Positions 20,922 to 38,656 of a DNA stretch of 64,000 nucleotides are shown here, one piece after another (within the stretch, counting starts at the first letter, position 1; each line of letters starts with the position of its first letter). Under the pieces are notes generated by a model that did not search any database, was not told where the DNA came from, and worked only from the letters and a program-made list of their open reading frames with translations. The position numbers were made by a program, and so were the translations under genes. The DNA comes from the human T2T-CHM13v2.0 reference genome, Homo sapiens. Where the stretch lies: NCBI RefSeq assembly GCF_009914755.1, contig NC_060941.1. The stretch is one strand, 5' to 3'.

Positions 20922-21468
20922 GAATTCCATTCACACCAAAACAGGGAGCGCTGACTGCAGTGAGCAGCCAGGGCACGTGGGCTCCGGAGGGAGCACAAGG
21001 AATTCCATTCACACCAAAACAGGGAGCGCTGACTGCAGTGAGGAGCCAGGGCACGTGGGCTCCGGAGGGAGCACAAGGAATTCCATTCACACCAAAACAG
21101 GGAGCGCTGACTGCAGTGAGGAGCCAGGGCACGTGGGCTCCGGAGGGAGCGCGAGGAATTCCATTCACACCAAAACAGGGAGCGCTGACTGCAGTGAGGA
21201 GCCAGGGCACGTGGGCTCTGGAGGTAGCTCCAGGAATTCCATTCACACCAAAACAGGGAGGGCTGACTGCAGTGAGGAGCCAGGGCACGTGGGCTCTGGA
21301 GGGAGCACAAGGAATTCCATTCACACCAAAACAGGGAACGCTGACTGCAGTGAGGAGCCAGGGCACGTGGGCTCCGGAGGGAGCACAAGGAATTCCATTC
21401 ACACCAAAACAGGGAACGCTGACTGCAGTGAGGAGCCAGGGCACGTGGGCTCTGGAGGGAGCACAAGG
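20922..21468. repeat. 78-bp VNTR, 7 units
   Basis: gaattccattcacaccaaaacaggg...gcacgtgggctc..gaggga at period 78 (20922, 21000, 21078...). Confidence 0.97.
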
Positions 21469-21604
21469 GGCTGCTGGGCTGGATGACGCCGCCCCAACGT
21501 CTGCAGTAGCCTTGAGCTGTATATTTGCTATGAGCGGACTTTTGCAGGGGTCAGATTTCAGTTTATAAGGGGACAGCAAGTACCCCACTGAGACGCGGAC
21601 TTAC

Positions 21605-21757
21605 CAGTCGTCTCTGTCGAGGTGCGGACGCTGGGCTGAGACTCAGCATGAGGTGAGGACATCTTTAAAGGATCCAACACATCTTCTAGATGCTTTTCCA
21701 GAGTTTTAAACTTATGCTTTAGAGTTCGTATTTCTGCTTCAAGGGCCAGAACATAAT
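21605..21757 (-). CDS. CCDC57: CCDC57 exon 13 (YVLALEAEIRTLKHKFKTLEKHLEDVLDPLKMSSPHAESQPSVRTSTETT(G))
   Basis: tttttttggcag|ATT acceptor; CTG|gtaagt donor; 153 nt, phase 1-1. Confidence 0.95.
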
Positions 21758-22541
21758 CTGCCAAAAAAACCTCCAGTGAATATAACACATACACAGCATC
21801 CTTTCGCACCTCCCTCCTGTGAGCACCAGCTCAGGGAGCCGATGCCAGCTCATGCCCGCCAGCTTCACTGTCCCTGTCCTCCTCACACTACAGCTTCACC
21901 GTAGTTTCCACACTCTCTGTGTGTGTCAGACTGAAAGACCTTCCCTCCCCTCACTGGCCAGAGTGTGCCAGCCAGAGACCAGCACAGTCTCCATGCTCTC
22001 CAGGAAGGGCTCAGTGATCAGGAGCAAATGCTCCACCTGCCGCCAGCCCACGTGCCTCTGTGCAGAGGGGCCAAGTCCCATCTCGAGAACGGAAGCTCTG
22101 CCTCCATCCCGGCATCTGCCCACCCACAGCCACTCATGGGGTCCCTGGGGGTCGGGAGGCCCTCATCAGCTCTGCCACAGACGCTCCTCTGGAGGAAAGG
22201 ACTGAGGTCCACCAGCCCCTGCTACCAACCCATTCTGGGACAGCGCGACAGCAAGCCAGCCCTGGTCCAGGTCTAAAACAGGTTTTTAAGTGTGTCAAGC
22301 AGGTACCCTCATTTTTTCCTTCCACTTTACAAATATAAAAGCTTTTTGGTATAAAACTTAAGATCCCTTCTCTTGGAGAAAAAGCAGTTTTCATACTTTG
22401 AGTTTATTACAGGGGATGTTAACTTATAGGACTCTGAAATGAAGCCTCCTTGAAGCCAGTCAAGACCCATGCTCCCGTCTGTCCTCCTCCCTCCCTCTCC
22501 CCCTTCCTCTCCCGCTCTGTCCGTTTCTCCCACTTACTCAC

Positions 22542-22764
22542 CAGGAGTGGCGGCATCTCCCCCAGCCTCTGGGTCAGGCTGGTTTGCATCTGTGCTCTCT
22601 GCCGCTGTCTGGATGGGAGGAGGAATCTGATGGCTTAGAGCCTCCATTTCTTTCCTCATCTGGGCAATCGCGTTTCGCAAGCTCGTGTTCTGCTCTCGGA
22701 GCCGCTGGATCTCACTGGATGGAAAGTCTTTACTTATTTCTTCTTCATGCTGCCTGAGAAGCAT
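22542..22764 (-). CDS. CCDC57: CCDC57 exon 12 (MLLRQHEEEISKDFPSSEIQRLREQN...EAGGDAATP(D))
   Basis: tttgacag|ATG acceptor; CTG|gtgagt donor; 223 nt; ORF 22534..22764. Confidence 0.95.
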
Positions 22765-22959
22765 CTGTCAAATACAAGGAAAAATGGCTACAAAAAGATG
22801 AATGGTTCCCCAGCTTGTCCTGACAGGCTGTGCCTCCGCTCTCCCCGCGCCCCTCTCGGGCCGGTCCCCCGCTTCAGCTTGGGCTGTGGTCCCTCCCCAT
22901 CCCCAGGCTGTGATGCCCCTCCTTTCTGACAGAAGTGCAAATATGACACTCAAATTCCT

Positions 22960-23700
22960 GGAGCCTTTCATACTTTTGAGATCCCTAGAGTGTCCAATCC
23001 ACAGAGGCAGAAAGTGGAATGGGGGTGCTGGGGCTGTGGGCGGGGAGGGGGAGCCAGTGTTTCTTGGGGACAGAGCTTCAGTATGGAAAGATGAGAATGT
23101 TCTGGAGAGGGTGGTGTGATGGCTGCACCTCCGTGTGAATGCGCTTCATGCTGCTGAACTGTGTGCACCAAAAAATAGTTAAAGCAGCCAGTTTTGCGTT
23201 ATGTATACTTTAGTACAATCAAACATCCACTAAATAGGATGAAGAGCAGGTTCAGAGCGCGCAGAAGAAAAGGCAGTGAATATAAACACCTGGCAACAGA
23301 AAATACCCAAACTGAAGCTCAGAAGGAAAGGTGCCAAAGAAGAAAAAATGAGCAGAGCTCTGGAGACCATGAACAAGGTGCACAAGGAACCAGGAGCCCA
23401 GATGAACGCAAAGACAGGAGACGCGTCTACAACAAGGCCAGACATGTTACAAATGTGCTGAAAGCCACACATCACAGATGACGAAGCAAATGAGCTGAAA
23501 GCCGACATCACAGATGACGAAGCTCAGTGAACCCTAAGCAGGATAAACAGAAAGAAAATCATACCAAACAGCACATAATCAAGCTGCTGAAAAATCAGCA
23601 ACAAAATGGAAACTCTAAAAGCAACCCGAGAAAAGAGACATGTTACCCTAGGGTCAAAGGGCAGGCATAGGGATGACAGACCCCGCAAGGAGCCACCAAG
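22960..23700 (+). mobile_element. Old L1 fragments (3' end, then ORF1-like)
   Basis: gacagagcttcagtatggaaagatgagaatgttctggag; gaagctcagtgaaccctaagcaggataaac. Confidence 0.65.
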
Positions 23701-24257
23701 GCGGGAGGACAACGAGGTGAGGTGGCTCCGGTGCAGGAGGAGAGACAGGCCCCGCCCACCCAGTTCCTAGGGAGAGGGAGTGTCCTTCTCTAACCAAAGG
23801 TGAGGGGCGCTTCTGCCTCTGACCAGGAGAGACTCACTGCCATGAGTCTTTCCCTGCGGCTGTGAACAACTAGAACACCAGACACATTAGAGGAAACACC
23901 TGCTTCCAGACGCCAGCATAGACCCCAGATACGGGAGAGGGAAACAAAGTCCCAGGGTCTGGCCCAACTCAACCTTGAGTCCAGCCAAGATGTGTGCAAA
24001 AGGCACAGCTTCCTCTCCTGTGGAGCCACCCTGAGGGACGCAGAGCCTGCTCCCTACTCTGCACTCCATGAACACAAACCTGAAGCAAGATCTGGGCCCT
24101 TCCCAGGACGCTCTGACTGCCCGCTGGCTCCTCCGTGCTCCCTGGCAAGGCCAGCTGGCCTGGGCTCCCAGGAGGAGAGCTTCACACGCTGCGCTCAGGG
24201 GTGGAGAGGATGCGAACAGAACCTGCACCTCAACTGGCAGTTTAGAAACGGAGACAG

Positions 24258-24903
24258 TGCGATGCCTAACCCTGTTTTTACTCTAACTCGCTACTTTAAA
24301 TTTTGCCCTGTTTGTCTCTTTAATCACCTAGCCTTGTTTCTCATGTAAATAAGACTCTCTCTAGCTGGGAAAGCCGGACAAACTCCAACTGACCCCTTAA
24401 TTTACAAGACACTAAGGGCTCCTTACCCAACCCCCTTCCGCAAGGAGTTGACCTGTGTAAGCAGATCCTCAGCATTTCAAAGGAGCCCAATTAACTGATA
24501 AGGTACTGGCACCAACAACGTCTGAAGTTCCCAGGATTCTTCTCAAAGAGATAACAACATAAAGCCTTGAGTTCGTGTCCGGCATAGCATCTATGTCTAA
24601 CTATAATGAAGGATTTAGAGCCCTGCACCTGGTACCGTTGCTTTTTGTAACCATTTGTCTTTTAAATTGTTTATCGCTCTGTAACCATTTGCTTCTTTTG
24701 ATTCTTGCATGTTTTTACTTCTGTAGAATTATTGCCTTTGAGTTCCCCTCCCCTTCCTAAACCAAGGTATACAAGTTAATCAAGCCCCTTCCTCAGGGCC
24801 GAGAGAATTTTGAGCGTTAGCCGTCTCTTTGGCTGCCGGCTTAAATAAAGGACTCAATTCGTTTCAGAGTGTGGCGTCTTCTCTAACTCGCCTGGGTACA
24901 ACA
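24258..24903 (+). mobile_element. Solo ERV1 LTR, probably LTR6A (HERV-S71 group)
   Basis: TG...CA termini, 4-bp TSD acag (24254-24257 / 24904-24907), AATAAA ~24844; resembles recalled LTR6A consensus. Confidence 0.8.
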
Positions 24904-25286
24904 ACAGGAAACTGCCCACCGCAGTGCCGTGATCACAATGGCGAACAACATGAAGGACCATTGGTAAGAAAATCGCTAGGTGCGTTATGGTGTGGCCGCT
25001 TGATAAAACATGCAGCCATTTAGATTCTGTTCGTGAAGAATTGTAATGGCGTGGGAAAATATTTATGGTAGAACCAAAAGGAAGAAAGAATTCTCCTGGA
25101 GAAACAGTCGCATGAGGGGTAGACCCTGGAAGGCCGTGCTCCACCTGGCCAGTTACAGAGCGGGATACCGAGTGCCCAGAGGCTTACCAGGCTATGTCCC
25201 AGGACGCGCTGAGGGTGCTGGCTGCCTGGCCTCACTGGCTGAGCAGGCCCACCACAGCGGCAAGCAAGGCTCAGAGGGCTCGGCAG

Positions 25287-26867
25287 TGTGAAAGGAAAAT
25301 ATCACTAAGCTAAAGGGAGAAGTCAAGCTGGGAACTGCTCAGGGCAAACCTGCCTCCCATTCTATTCAAAGTCACCCTTTGCTCACTGAGATGAATGCGT
25401 ATCTCACTGCCTCCTTTGGAGAGGCTCATCAGAAATTCAAAAGAATGCAACCATCTGTCTCTTACCTACCTATGACCCGGAAGCCTCCTCCCCACTTGGA
25501 GTTGTCCCGCCTCTGCAGATGGAACCACTGTTCATCTTACATATGTTGATTGATGTCTCCTGTCTCCCTACAATGTGTAAAACCGAGGTGTGCTCTGACC
25601 ACCTCGGAACACGTCGTCAGGACCTCCTGAGGCTGTGTCACCGGTGCGCATCCTCAACCTTGGCAAAATAAACCTTCTAAATTAACTGAGACCTGTCTGA
25701 GATTTTCTGGGTTCACATTTTGGTAACCACAGGGAGATTCTGAGTGGAGATGCCTCTGACCTTTGACAAAACTCCTATCGGTACTTGGTACTGGAATGAG
25801 CTAACTTTATGGCTCAAACCAACAGGACAATTTGCCGAGGTCTGGGAGCATCCCCTCCAGAGAATCCCTGATCTCCCCAAATTTGGTCAAGATCTAAAGT
25901 TTATTTTGCTGTACAATGTTGGCAGAAGAGCTGAGGCGGGGCTTGCTTGTCTGACATAATGTAAAAGAGTCTTGGAACATGTCCTGGGTCCAGAGTCTAA
26001 AACCCCTCATGACCTTTGGAACACCAAGCTCTGTGCCAATGGGTGGAAGGCTGCCCTGCCGCACTACAGTCTAAGCCCAGGGCATAAAACCCCTCGTGGC
26101 TTGGAGAGAACCCAGGGCCCAGGGCATAAAACCCCTGGTGGCTTGGAGAGAACCCAGGGCTCAGGGCATAAAACCCCTCGTGGCTTGGAAAGAACCCAGG
26201 GCTCAGGGCATAAAACCCCTTCTAGCCTCTGGAATTGTGTCCAGACTTGCTGGCCCCTTGCTCCTTGCTCTCCCAAGATCATAAATTGATTTTATCTTGA
26301 ATTAGAAGAACCTGTTCTCCCTTACCTCAAGTAGCGGAGCATATGCGAAACCGTCACAGCTACGCTTGATGCACCGCTACCTTTCTACCCCTACGTCCTC
26401 ACGCCCTCACCTGTCTACCCCCACAGCCACACGTCCTCACTACCTGCTTCTTTACTTGATTACCAATAAACAGTGTGGGCTCCCAGAGCTGGGGGCCTTT
26501 GCAGCCTCCATACACCAGCGTGGGCCCCCTGGACCCACCCTATGTACTCTTGTCTCATTCCTTTGACTCTGCTGGACTTCGTAGCCCCCATGACCTGGTG
26601 TTGGGTCTGATCACCCCAACGGTACAACTCCCTTTTTTTGGAGTTTTACTTGCTTCCAACAAGGAAGGCAAGTTTCTCCTGCTTCATGATGATGGAAGGC
26701 AGGTAACTCCTTTATGGAGTTTGCACTCACTTCCAACAGGGAAGATGAGGGTTTTTTTTTTTTTTCCTGCTTCTAGGATGGTAGAGAGCAGTCTTTAGCC
26801 TGAGACCTATCCCTAGGTAAGTAACTGAATTGGCATTTGCCTTGGCTAAAGTTAAGATTAGCAACCA
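25287..26867 (+). mobile_element. MER4A-type LTR (25287-25717) followed by MER4 internal sequence, interrupted by a nested ERVK LTR
   Basis: tgtgaaaggaaaatatcactaagctaaaggg...gggttcaca, then tttTGGtaacc at the PBS position; internal sequence resumes after 26627. Confidence 0.78.
25917..26621 (+). mobile_element. Solo ERVK-class LTR (LTR3/HML-6-like) with an internal 42-bp repeat
   Basis: TGTTGG...CCCCAAC(G) termini; 6-bp TSD gtacaa (25911-25916 / 26622-26627), typical of betaretroviral integration. Confidence 0.75.
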
Positions 26868-27475
<608 letters not shown>

Positions 27476-28377
27476 CTACATGAATGAAGGACGAGCTAGG
27501 AACATTCTTCATACCACTTAGGATCTGAGTCCTAAGTACACTCGGCTGCCTTAAGCCAAGCCTCAAGGCAGAGAAGCAAATTGAATGGGAGAGAATGCGC
27601 ACCAGTGGCTGGCCGCTTAGTGCGGGGAGGTGGGACCAGCAGGGGCAGGGACTCTTGGGTGGTCTTGTTGGGGTGGGGGTGCTTGGGCACACTTACATGT
27701 CGGCTGCACTGACCTGTGCACTCCAGGCCTGCGCGTTCTACTGTGTGTACAATAGCCCACAGAAAAAAGCCAACTGCAGGCCTAGGGCAGTCCTCCCGTG
27801 CTGGGCCCTCTGTGCTCTCCCCCAGCCTCCTACAGCCCTGCACCCCGCTTCCCTCTGCCTGTGGACCCAGCTCTGCTCTGATGAGCTGTGACAGCTCAGA
27901 CAAGCTCCTCAGTGTCCCCATGTCTCAGCGGACATGGTGCCAACCTCCAAGATGAAATGAGTGGAGGGATTTCAAGGCCTAAGGGCAAACCCTGGCATTG
28001 GATGAGTACTTAACTATCGGCCACTAACGTCACTGCTCAACAAAATCAGGAGCGGTGATGACAGATTCCTAGCATAAAATGACCTGCTGTGACAGTCCTG
28101 AGGCAATATCATAAGAACAAACTCACATGAACGTCTGATATCTAGTTATATGTGGATTTGGGACTTTTAAAACTTTCGAATATGAAAGATACAAAGAAGC
28201 CTGAGTTCACCTTAACTCTCTAAAGCTTCTGACTCACCCTTGTTTGTGCAACAGGTCATTTAAAAAGAACACAACTGAAAGACTTAGCTCCAGTCTTGGT
28301 AGGATTTGGGGATCTGGTCCTATTTTCCCACCGCTGCTGTTGAGCAAAGTTTCAAAGAGCCGACTGGGTACTCTCAC

Positions 28378-28509
28378 CTGTGCCCCTGGTCTGGGGAGCC
28401 CATGCATCCTCAGGGCCTGCACGGCCTGGTCTCGTTCCAGGGTCACGGCCTTCAGCACCACCTCCTGCTCCTGTAGCGCCTGCTCTGTCTCCTGCAGCTT
28501 GGCAGCAAC
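28378..28509 (-). CDS. CCDC57: CCDC57 exon 11 (VAAKLQETEQALQEQEVVLKAVTLERDQAVQALRMHGLPRPGAQ)
   Basis: tttttcccag|GTT acceptor; CAG|gtgaga donor; 132 nt. Confidence 0.95.
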
Positions 28510-28930
28510 CTGGGAAAAACGCTGGGACTCAGTCCCTGTGTGGATGACCGGGCAGCTCCCATGCCTGCTGAGGCTCCAATGGCACACATAGGTGGGAGAT
28601 GCTCAGAGCACCAGGCTCCCCACTGTGGCCAGGCCGCCAAACCCTTCCTGCCCATGCACACCCCAGGCTGCCCTTGCAGGCCAGCGGGGATCATGCAGCG
28701 CTACTCAAACCACGCGGCTGGTCAACTACAGAAACAGCTTATGCAAGAAAGTCAAGGCGGGTGGACAGGCGGGGTGCATTTTTATTACTCTAATTTATTA
28801 CTCTAATTACTCAGTGAGGTTTAGTGTTTTCAAATTTAAAGAACCATTTGGTAAGAACCAGACCCGTCCTGCCCAGCCCCACCTCTGCAGAGACGCCGAG
28901 AAGGCCCCAGGCCCTGGTGGCCGCACACAC

Positions 28931-29093
28931 CTGACTTTTTGCCATGCTCAGACCCTGAATCAGGGCCTCTGACTTTTGGATCTGGTCCCTTTCAATGTCA
29001 TCACAGCGGCGCTGCCAGTCCAGGCCCAGCTGCACCTGATCACGCTCCAGGCTCCGCTCCCTTTCCACTGCCAGGGACAGCTGTTGCTTGTAC
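28931..29093 (-). CDS. CCDC57: CCDC57 exon 10 (YKQQLSLAVERERSLERDQVQLGLDWQRRCDDIERDQIQKSEALIQGLSMAKSQ)
   Basis: gtccttag|GTA acceptor; CAG|gtgtgt donor; 163 nt (cumulative 1374). Confidence 0.94.
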
Positions 29094-29449
29094 CTAAGGA
29101 CACGTCCAACCGCTCAGCATTAATGCTTCCTGAGGTCCCTTCCACAGGAAAAGCAGAGGCACGATGGGAAAGGCAGGGCTGCCGCTGTCCCTCCTGCTCT
29201 CGCATGGCCTGCGCTGGGCTGACATGCTCCCGAGCTCCTGTGGATGGGCACACTGGGACGCCCAATACAAAGACGAGCAGGCGCCAAGGATGCCCAGATG
29301 CCGGAGAAAACCCAACACCATGGATGAGGGTGATGCCCACAAAACCAGAAGAGCCAGCATGCAGGGAGAGGGAGGAAAGCAACAACCTTAAAAGATCATA
29401 AACGCGGTTATGCACAAAGGAACGGAGCTATGAAAGCAAACAAGCAGAC

Positions 29450-29568
29450 CAGGGTGGACCCAGCCACGGGGTGGGCAGGGCTGGGAGAGCCCCCAGAGCA
29501 AGTGCAGAGCAGGGTGGACCCAGCCACGGGGCGGGCGGGGATGGGAGAGCCCCCCGAGCGAGTGCAAA
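29450..29568. repeat. 60-bp tandem duplication
   Basis: cagggtggacccagccacgggg..ggc.ggg.tgggagagcccc..gagc.agtgca present twice. Confidence 0.8.
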
Positions 29569-30039
29569 GGGACAGAGGGGTGGGAACGCAGGAACCCGGG
29601 GGCTTCCTCCAGAAAACCAGCGCACAGATGAGAATGGAAGGAGGAAACCACCAAGGATGTAAAGGGGCAGGTCCACCAGGACAGAGCAAACGCCAGCCTT
29701 CAGAGAGCTCTAGAGATCCCACACGCACACAGTAAGGGGAAACGTTATAGTATGAAGGACGAAAGAAGAGTCTACAAGGAAAAAAGAACAAGAATTGGAC
29801 TAGGACTAGGCTTTACACCAGCAACTCTGGGACAGAAGGCCATGGGGCCACACACTGGGGGCAGAATTCCAGGCTGTGGGTGATCCTGTGACGGGGGAGA
29901 GGTCCCTCCTGTCCCAGGCAGCGACACAGAGATGGTGGCATGGCTCTGCGTGAGACTGGAGGGAGACTCTCCTGCTGGCCTCATTGCACCGGTAAACTTC
30001 AGGGAGTTCGAATGATAGCAATTGAGCCACCGTGTTGTG

Positions 30040-33390
<3,351 letters not shown>

Positions 33391-33677
33391 AGGAGATTCT
33401 TAGTGCAGAATCAAGCAGGAGCACCTTTATGGCTCTTATTACAGACTGAGAAACACCATCCTCTGGCCATGCTCCCTCCAGCAGGCGGCCCCTTCTGCAT
33501 GTCTTCCCACACCACCCCTGTGTGACCAGACATTCTATCTGTCTTGTTCACTGTCTTTCTCCCCCAAGAAAATGTGAGGCCAGGGACTCAATCTGTTCAG
33601 TTTTGAATCCTTAGTACCTACAACAGCACCTGCCCATAGGAGACCCTCAATGGAAACATCTGCCTGGGGACAGTTAC

Positions 33678-33836
33678 CTTTCAATGTCCTGCTGGGATCG
33701 GGCCACCTGTGCCTTGAGCTTCACCTCTTCTTCCTGCAGCGTCTGAATCTGAAGGTCTCTGGAGACCATCTCCTTAGATAGTTGAGCAATTTGAGCATCC
33801 CAGGCAGATTTTACAGTTGATGCATCTTCACGAAGT
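33678..33836 (-). CDS. CCDC57: CCDC57 exon 9 (LREDASTVKSAWDAQIAQLSKEMVSRDLQIQTLQEEEVKLKAQVARSQQDIE(R))
   Basis: ttctatgtttag|ACT acceptor; AAG|gtaact donor; 159 nt, phase 2-2. Confidence 0.94.
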
Positions 33837-33920
33837 CTAAACATAGAAGGGAAACTATGTAGATGTGGTTCTCACTCACTAAAGTTGTCTCTTACACAGC
33901 ACCCCCCAGCAAATACACAT

Positions 33921-33929
33921 GCGCGCGCG

Positions 33930-33985
<56 letters not shown>
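33921..33985. repeat. Compound microsatellite (GC)9(AC)23
   Basis: Direct reading. Confidence 0.97.
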
Positions 33986-33986
<1 letters not shown>

Positions 33987-35237
33987 CTCTCGAGCTGAAA
34001 CTTCCTGGCCTAGATGATGAAGATGGTTCCGCACAGGAAGAATTAAGCATCCGTCCACCCAACTACCTCCATGCATGCATGCATCCCACCAACCCAGATT
34101 CCAGCTAAGCTCCTGCAGCACACCAGGCCATGTGCCAGGTTCTTGGTGGGCGGAAGGTGAGGCATGACATGCCTCCCATGCCCACAGAGCCCACAGTCAT
34201 GAGGTAGCAACACCTCTGACCAAGTCACCCTCATGTCCTCGCCATGCCTAGCACAGCACCCCACGTGCAGAGACATTCAGCACATTTTCAAGTTGCATGG
34301 TAAAATAAGGTTCTACAGAACCCACTAAATAACCTTAACAGCAGGATGCCTCTGGGAGAATTACCCAAAATGGAATAAATTTCCCAAGAAAATGTTCGGG
34401 ACAATATCTAGAGCTGTTAACTCAGGTAGCCACAGTACTAACCTAGGCAAGATGATACCTGCCCACTTGCATGGGCGTAGCCCTGTTTCCCTAAGAGATG
34501 GGAAGACGGCCCACAAGAGCAACTGTAGCATCACACACGACAGACCTTCAGATGCTCCTGTGCTGATGAACTTCCAACTGACAGTGAGAAGCAGAGGGTG
34601 AGCTGGCTGCCCCCACAGAGGCCACCCCTTGTCACGAGGGGTTAAACCTAGCATGAGTGGTGCACTCAAGCCTGGTATTATATAGAATGGAAAAAAAGCC
34701 ACCCTGCCAACAGTTTTGGACACATATTTTAGGACAGCTGAAAAGAGACACCATCAAAGGCATCAACGTTTCCAGCCATCTCTGGCAATGTGGGCTGACA
34801 CAGAATGTGTGTTTGGACTCCTTCCACGCTTTGCGTGGGTACTGAAGAAACAGACTCACCAACGGCCTCTGGTGCTCTGGGAAGCAGCTTTATCCCTGGA
34901 CCATGAGCCACCTAATTATGAGGGCCAGCCCCACTCCCAGCATCAGGATGGTGATGTGACTCTGCCTGGGGCCTCCTGGACAGTCTCCCCTGATGCACAG
35001 TCTCAGGTGTAGATCAATGGGCACGGCTGCTGAGCCCTCACTGCAGGGACAGAGGACACCACGGCCACGAGCGGGAGTGCACTGCTCACCACAAGAGCGT
35101 AAATGCTTTTTGTGAGAAGCCAAGGTGGAAGGATCACCTGAGCCCAGGAGGTCGAGGCTCCAGTGAGCCATGATCGCACTGCTGCTTTCCAGTCTTCTCT
35201 TTCTTCTGCGTAATGGGATGGTTAAAATAAAAAAGAA

Positions 35238-37234
<1,997 letters not shown>

Positions 37235-37419
37235 TTACCACAATTTAAAAATTCAGAGAAAAGGAAAAAATTCTGACACATGTTAAAATGTGGACAAACT
37301 TTGAGGACATTATGCCAAGTGAAATAAGAGAGTCCCAAATGGACAAATACTGCATGATTCCAACTTACAGGAGGTCCCCAGCCCGGTCGCATCCATAGAA
37401 TCAGCAAGTAGAATGGAGG

Positions 37420-37745
37420 TGGCCGGGGCTGGTGGGGCTCGGGGGGAGCTGGCAGGGGTCGGGGGGGCACTGGCGGGGGTCGGGGGGCACTGGTGGGGCT
37501 CGGGGGGGAGCTGGCAGGGGTCGAGAGTGCTGACAGGGGTCGGGGGTCACTGGCAGGGCTCGGCGCGGGGGAAGCTGGCAGGGGTTGCGGGGGGTGCTGG
37601 CGGGGGTCGGGGGGAGCCGGCGGGGCTCGGCGTTGGGGGAACTGGCGGGGGTTGCGGGGGGAGCTGGCAGGAGTGGGGCAGGGAGTTGGCGGGGCTGGGG
37701 GGAGCTGGCAGGGGTTGGCTGGGGAGCTGGCGGGGGTGGGGGAGG
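37420..37745 (+). repeat. G-rich ~20-bp degenerate minisatellite expanded inside an old L1 3'UTR (37260-37900)
   Basis: ggggagctggcaggggtcgg variants; flanks are contiguous L1 3'-end motifs. Confidence 0.85.
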
Positions 37746-38120
37746 CGTTGGTGTGTAATGGGAAGATGGAAAGTTCTGGAGATGACAGTGGTGATGGTTT
37801 TACAACAACGTGAATGTGCCTAATGCCACTGCCACTGATCTGTACACTAAGAAATGGCTAAAATGGCTAATTTTATGTTATGCATATCTTACTATAAATA
37901 GATGAATGCACACACACATAGAAACTACACAATTTCAAAAATAAAGAAAAGGCAAAAAAAAAAAAAAAAGAGTGGTTAAGAAAAGTGACTGAGAGCTACA
38001 GAAGCCACTCTGTCTGCTGCCTGGCCCCCTTTCCTGTGGTCTGGCACCAGTGGGCCCAGGTCAGCACAGCCACGGCCGTCCCTGCCCTCACCCTCTGGGT
38101 GGAGCCAAGCACACACTCAC

Positions 38121-38321
38121 TGGTCAATGGCAGCGTCCTTCTCCTTGGCGGTGTCAGCCTGTCTCCACTCTGCCCTGCGGAGCTGCGCCTCGAGGGTCTC
38201 GCAGTGGGCCTGCAGCTCCAGAACCCTGGTCTGCAGCTCCTGCAGCTGCTCCACGTGGGCTCCCTTCACCGCCACCAGCACTGCATCCTTCTCCCTGGCC
38301 AGACGGTCGAGCTCCTCATGC
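38121..38321 (-). CDS. CCDC57: CCDC57 exon 8 (HEELDRLAREKDAVLVAVKGAHVEQLQELQ...AKEKDAAID(Q))
   Basis: gtgtttcag|GCA acceptor; CCA|gtgagt donor; 201 nt; matches ORF 38117..38353. Confidence 0.95.
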
Positions 38322-38568
38322 CTGAAACACAGTGAGTGTCCCATGGCGCTCACCCAGCCCCCAACACCCAGGCCCCAGACCCTCTTTGGAGGCGTTCATT
38401 GCCCTGTCTCGTGCACAGGTGCTGCTGTATGTCTGCCTCAAGGCTTCGCAGCAGCCACCTGGCCACCTGTTCCTCATTCCTCGCAGGTAAACATGGACCA
38501 AGCCACTTTTCGATGCCAGGCCCCTGGCCTGCCCTCCAGAGCCCACAGCCCCCTGGAGAAGGACACCA

Positions 38569-38656
38569 AAAGGAGGTGCATAGAGCACAGTTTGATCCGA
38601 TCAACCTGCGAAAGGAGGTGCATAGAGCACGGTTTGATCCGATCAACCTGCGAAAG
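38569..38656. repeat. 42-bp tandem duplication
   Basis: aaaggaggtgcatagagcac.gtttgatccgatcaacctgcg present twice. Confidence 0.9.
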
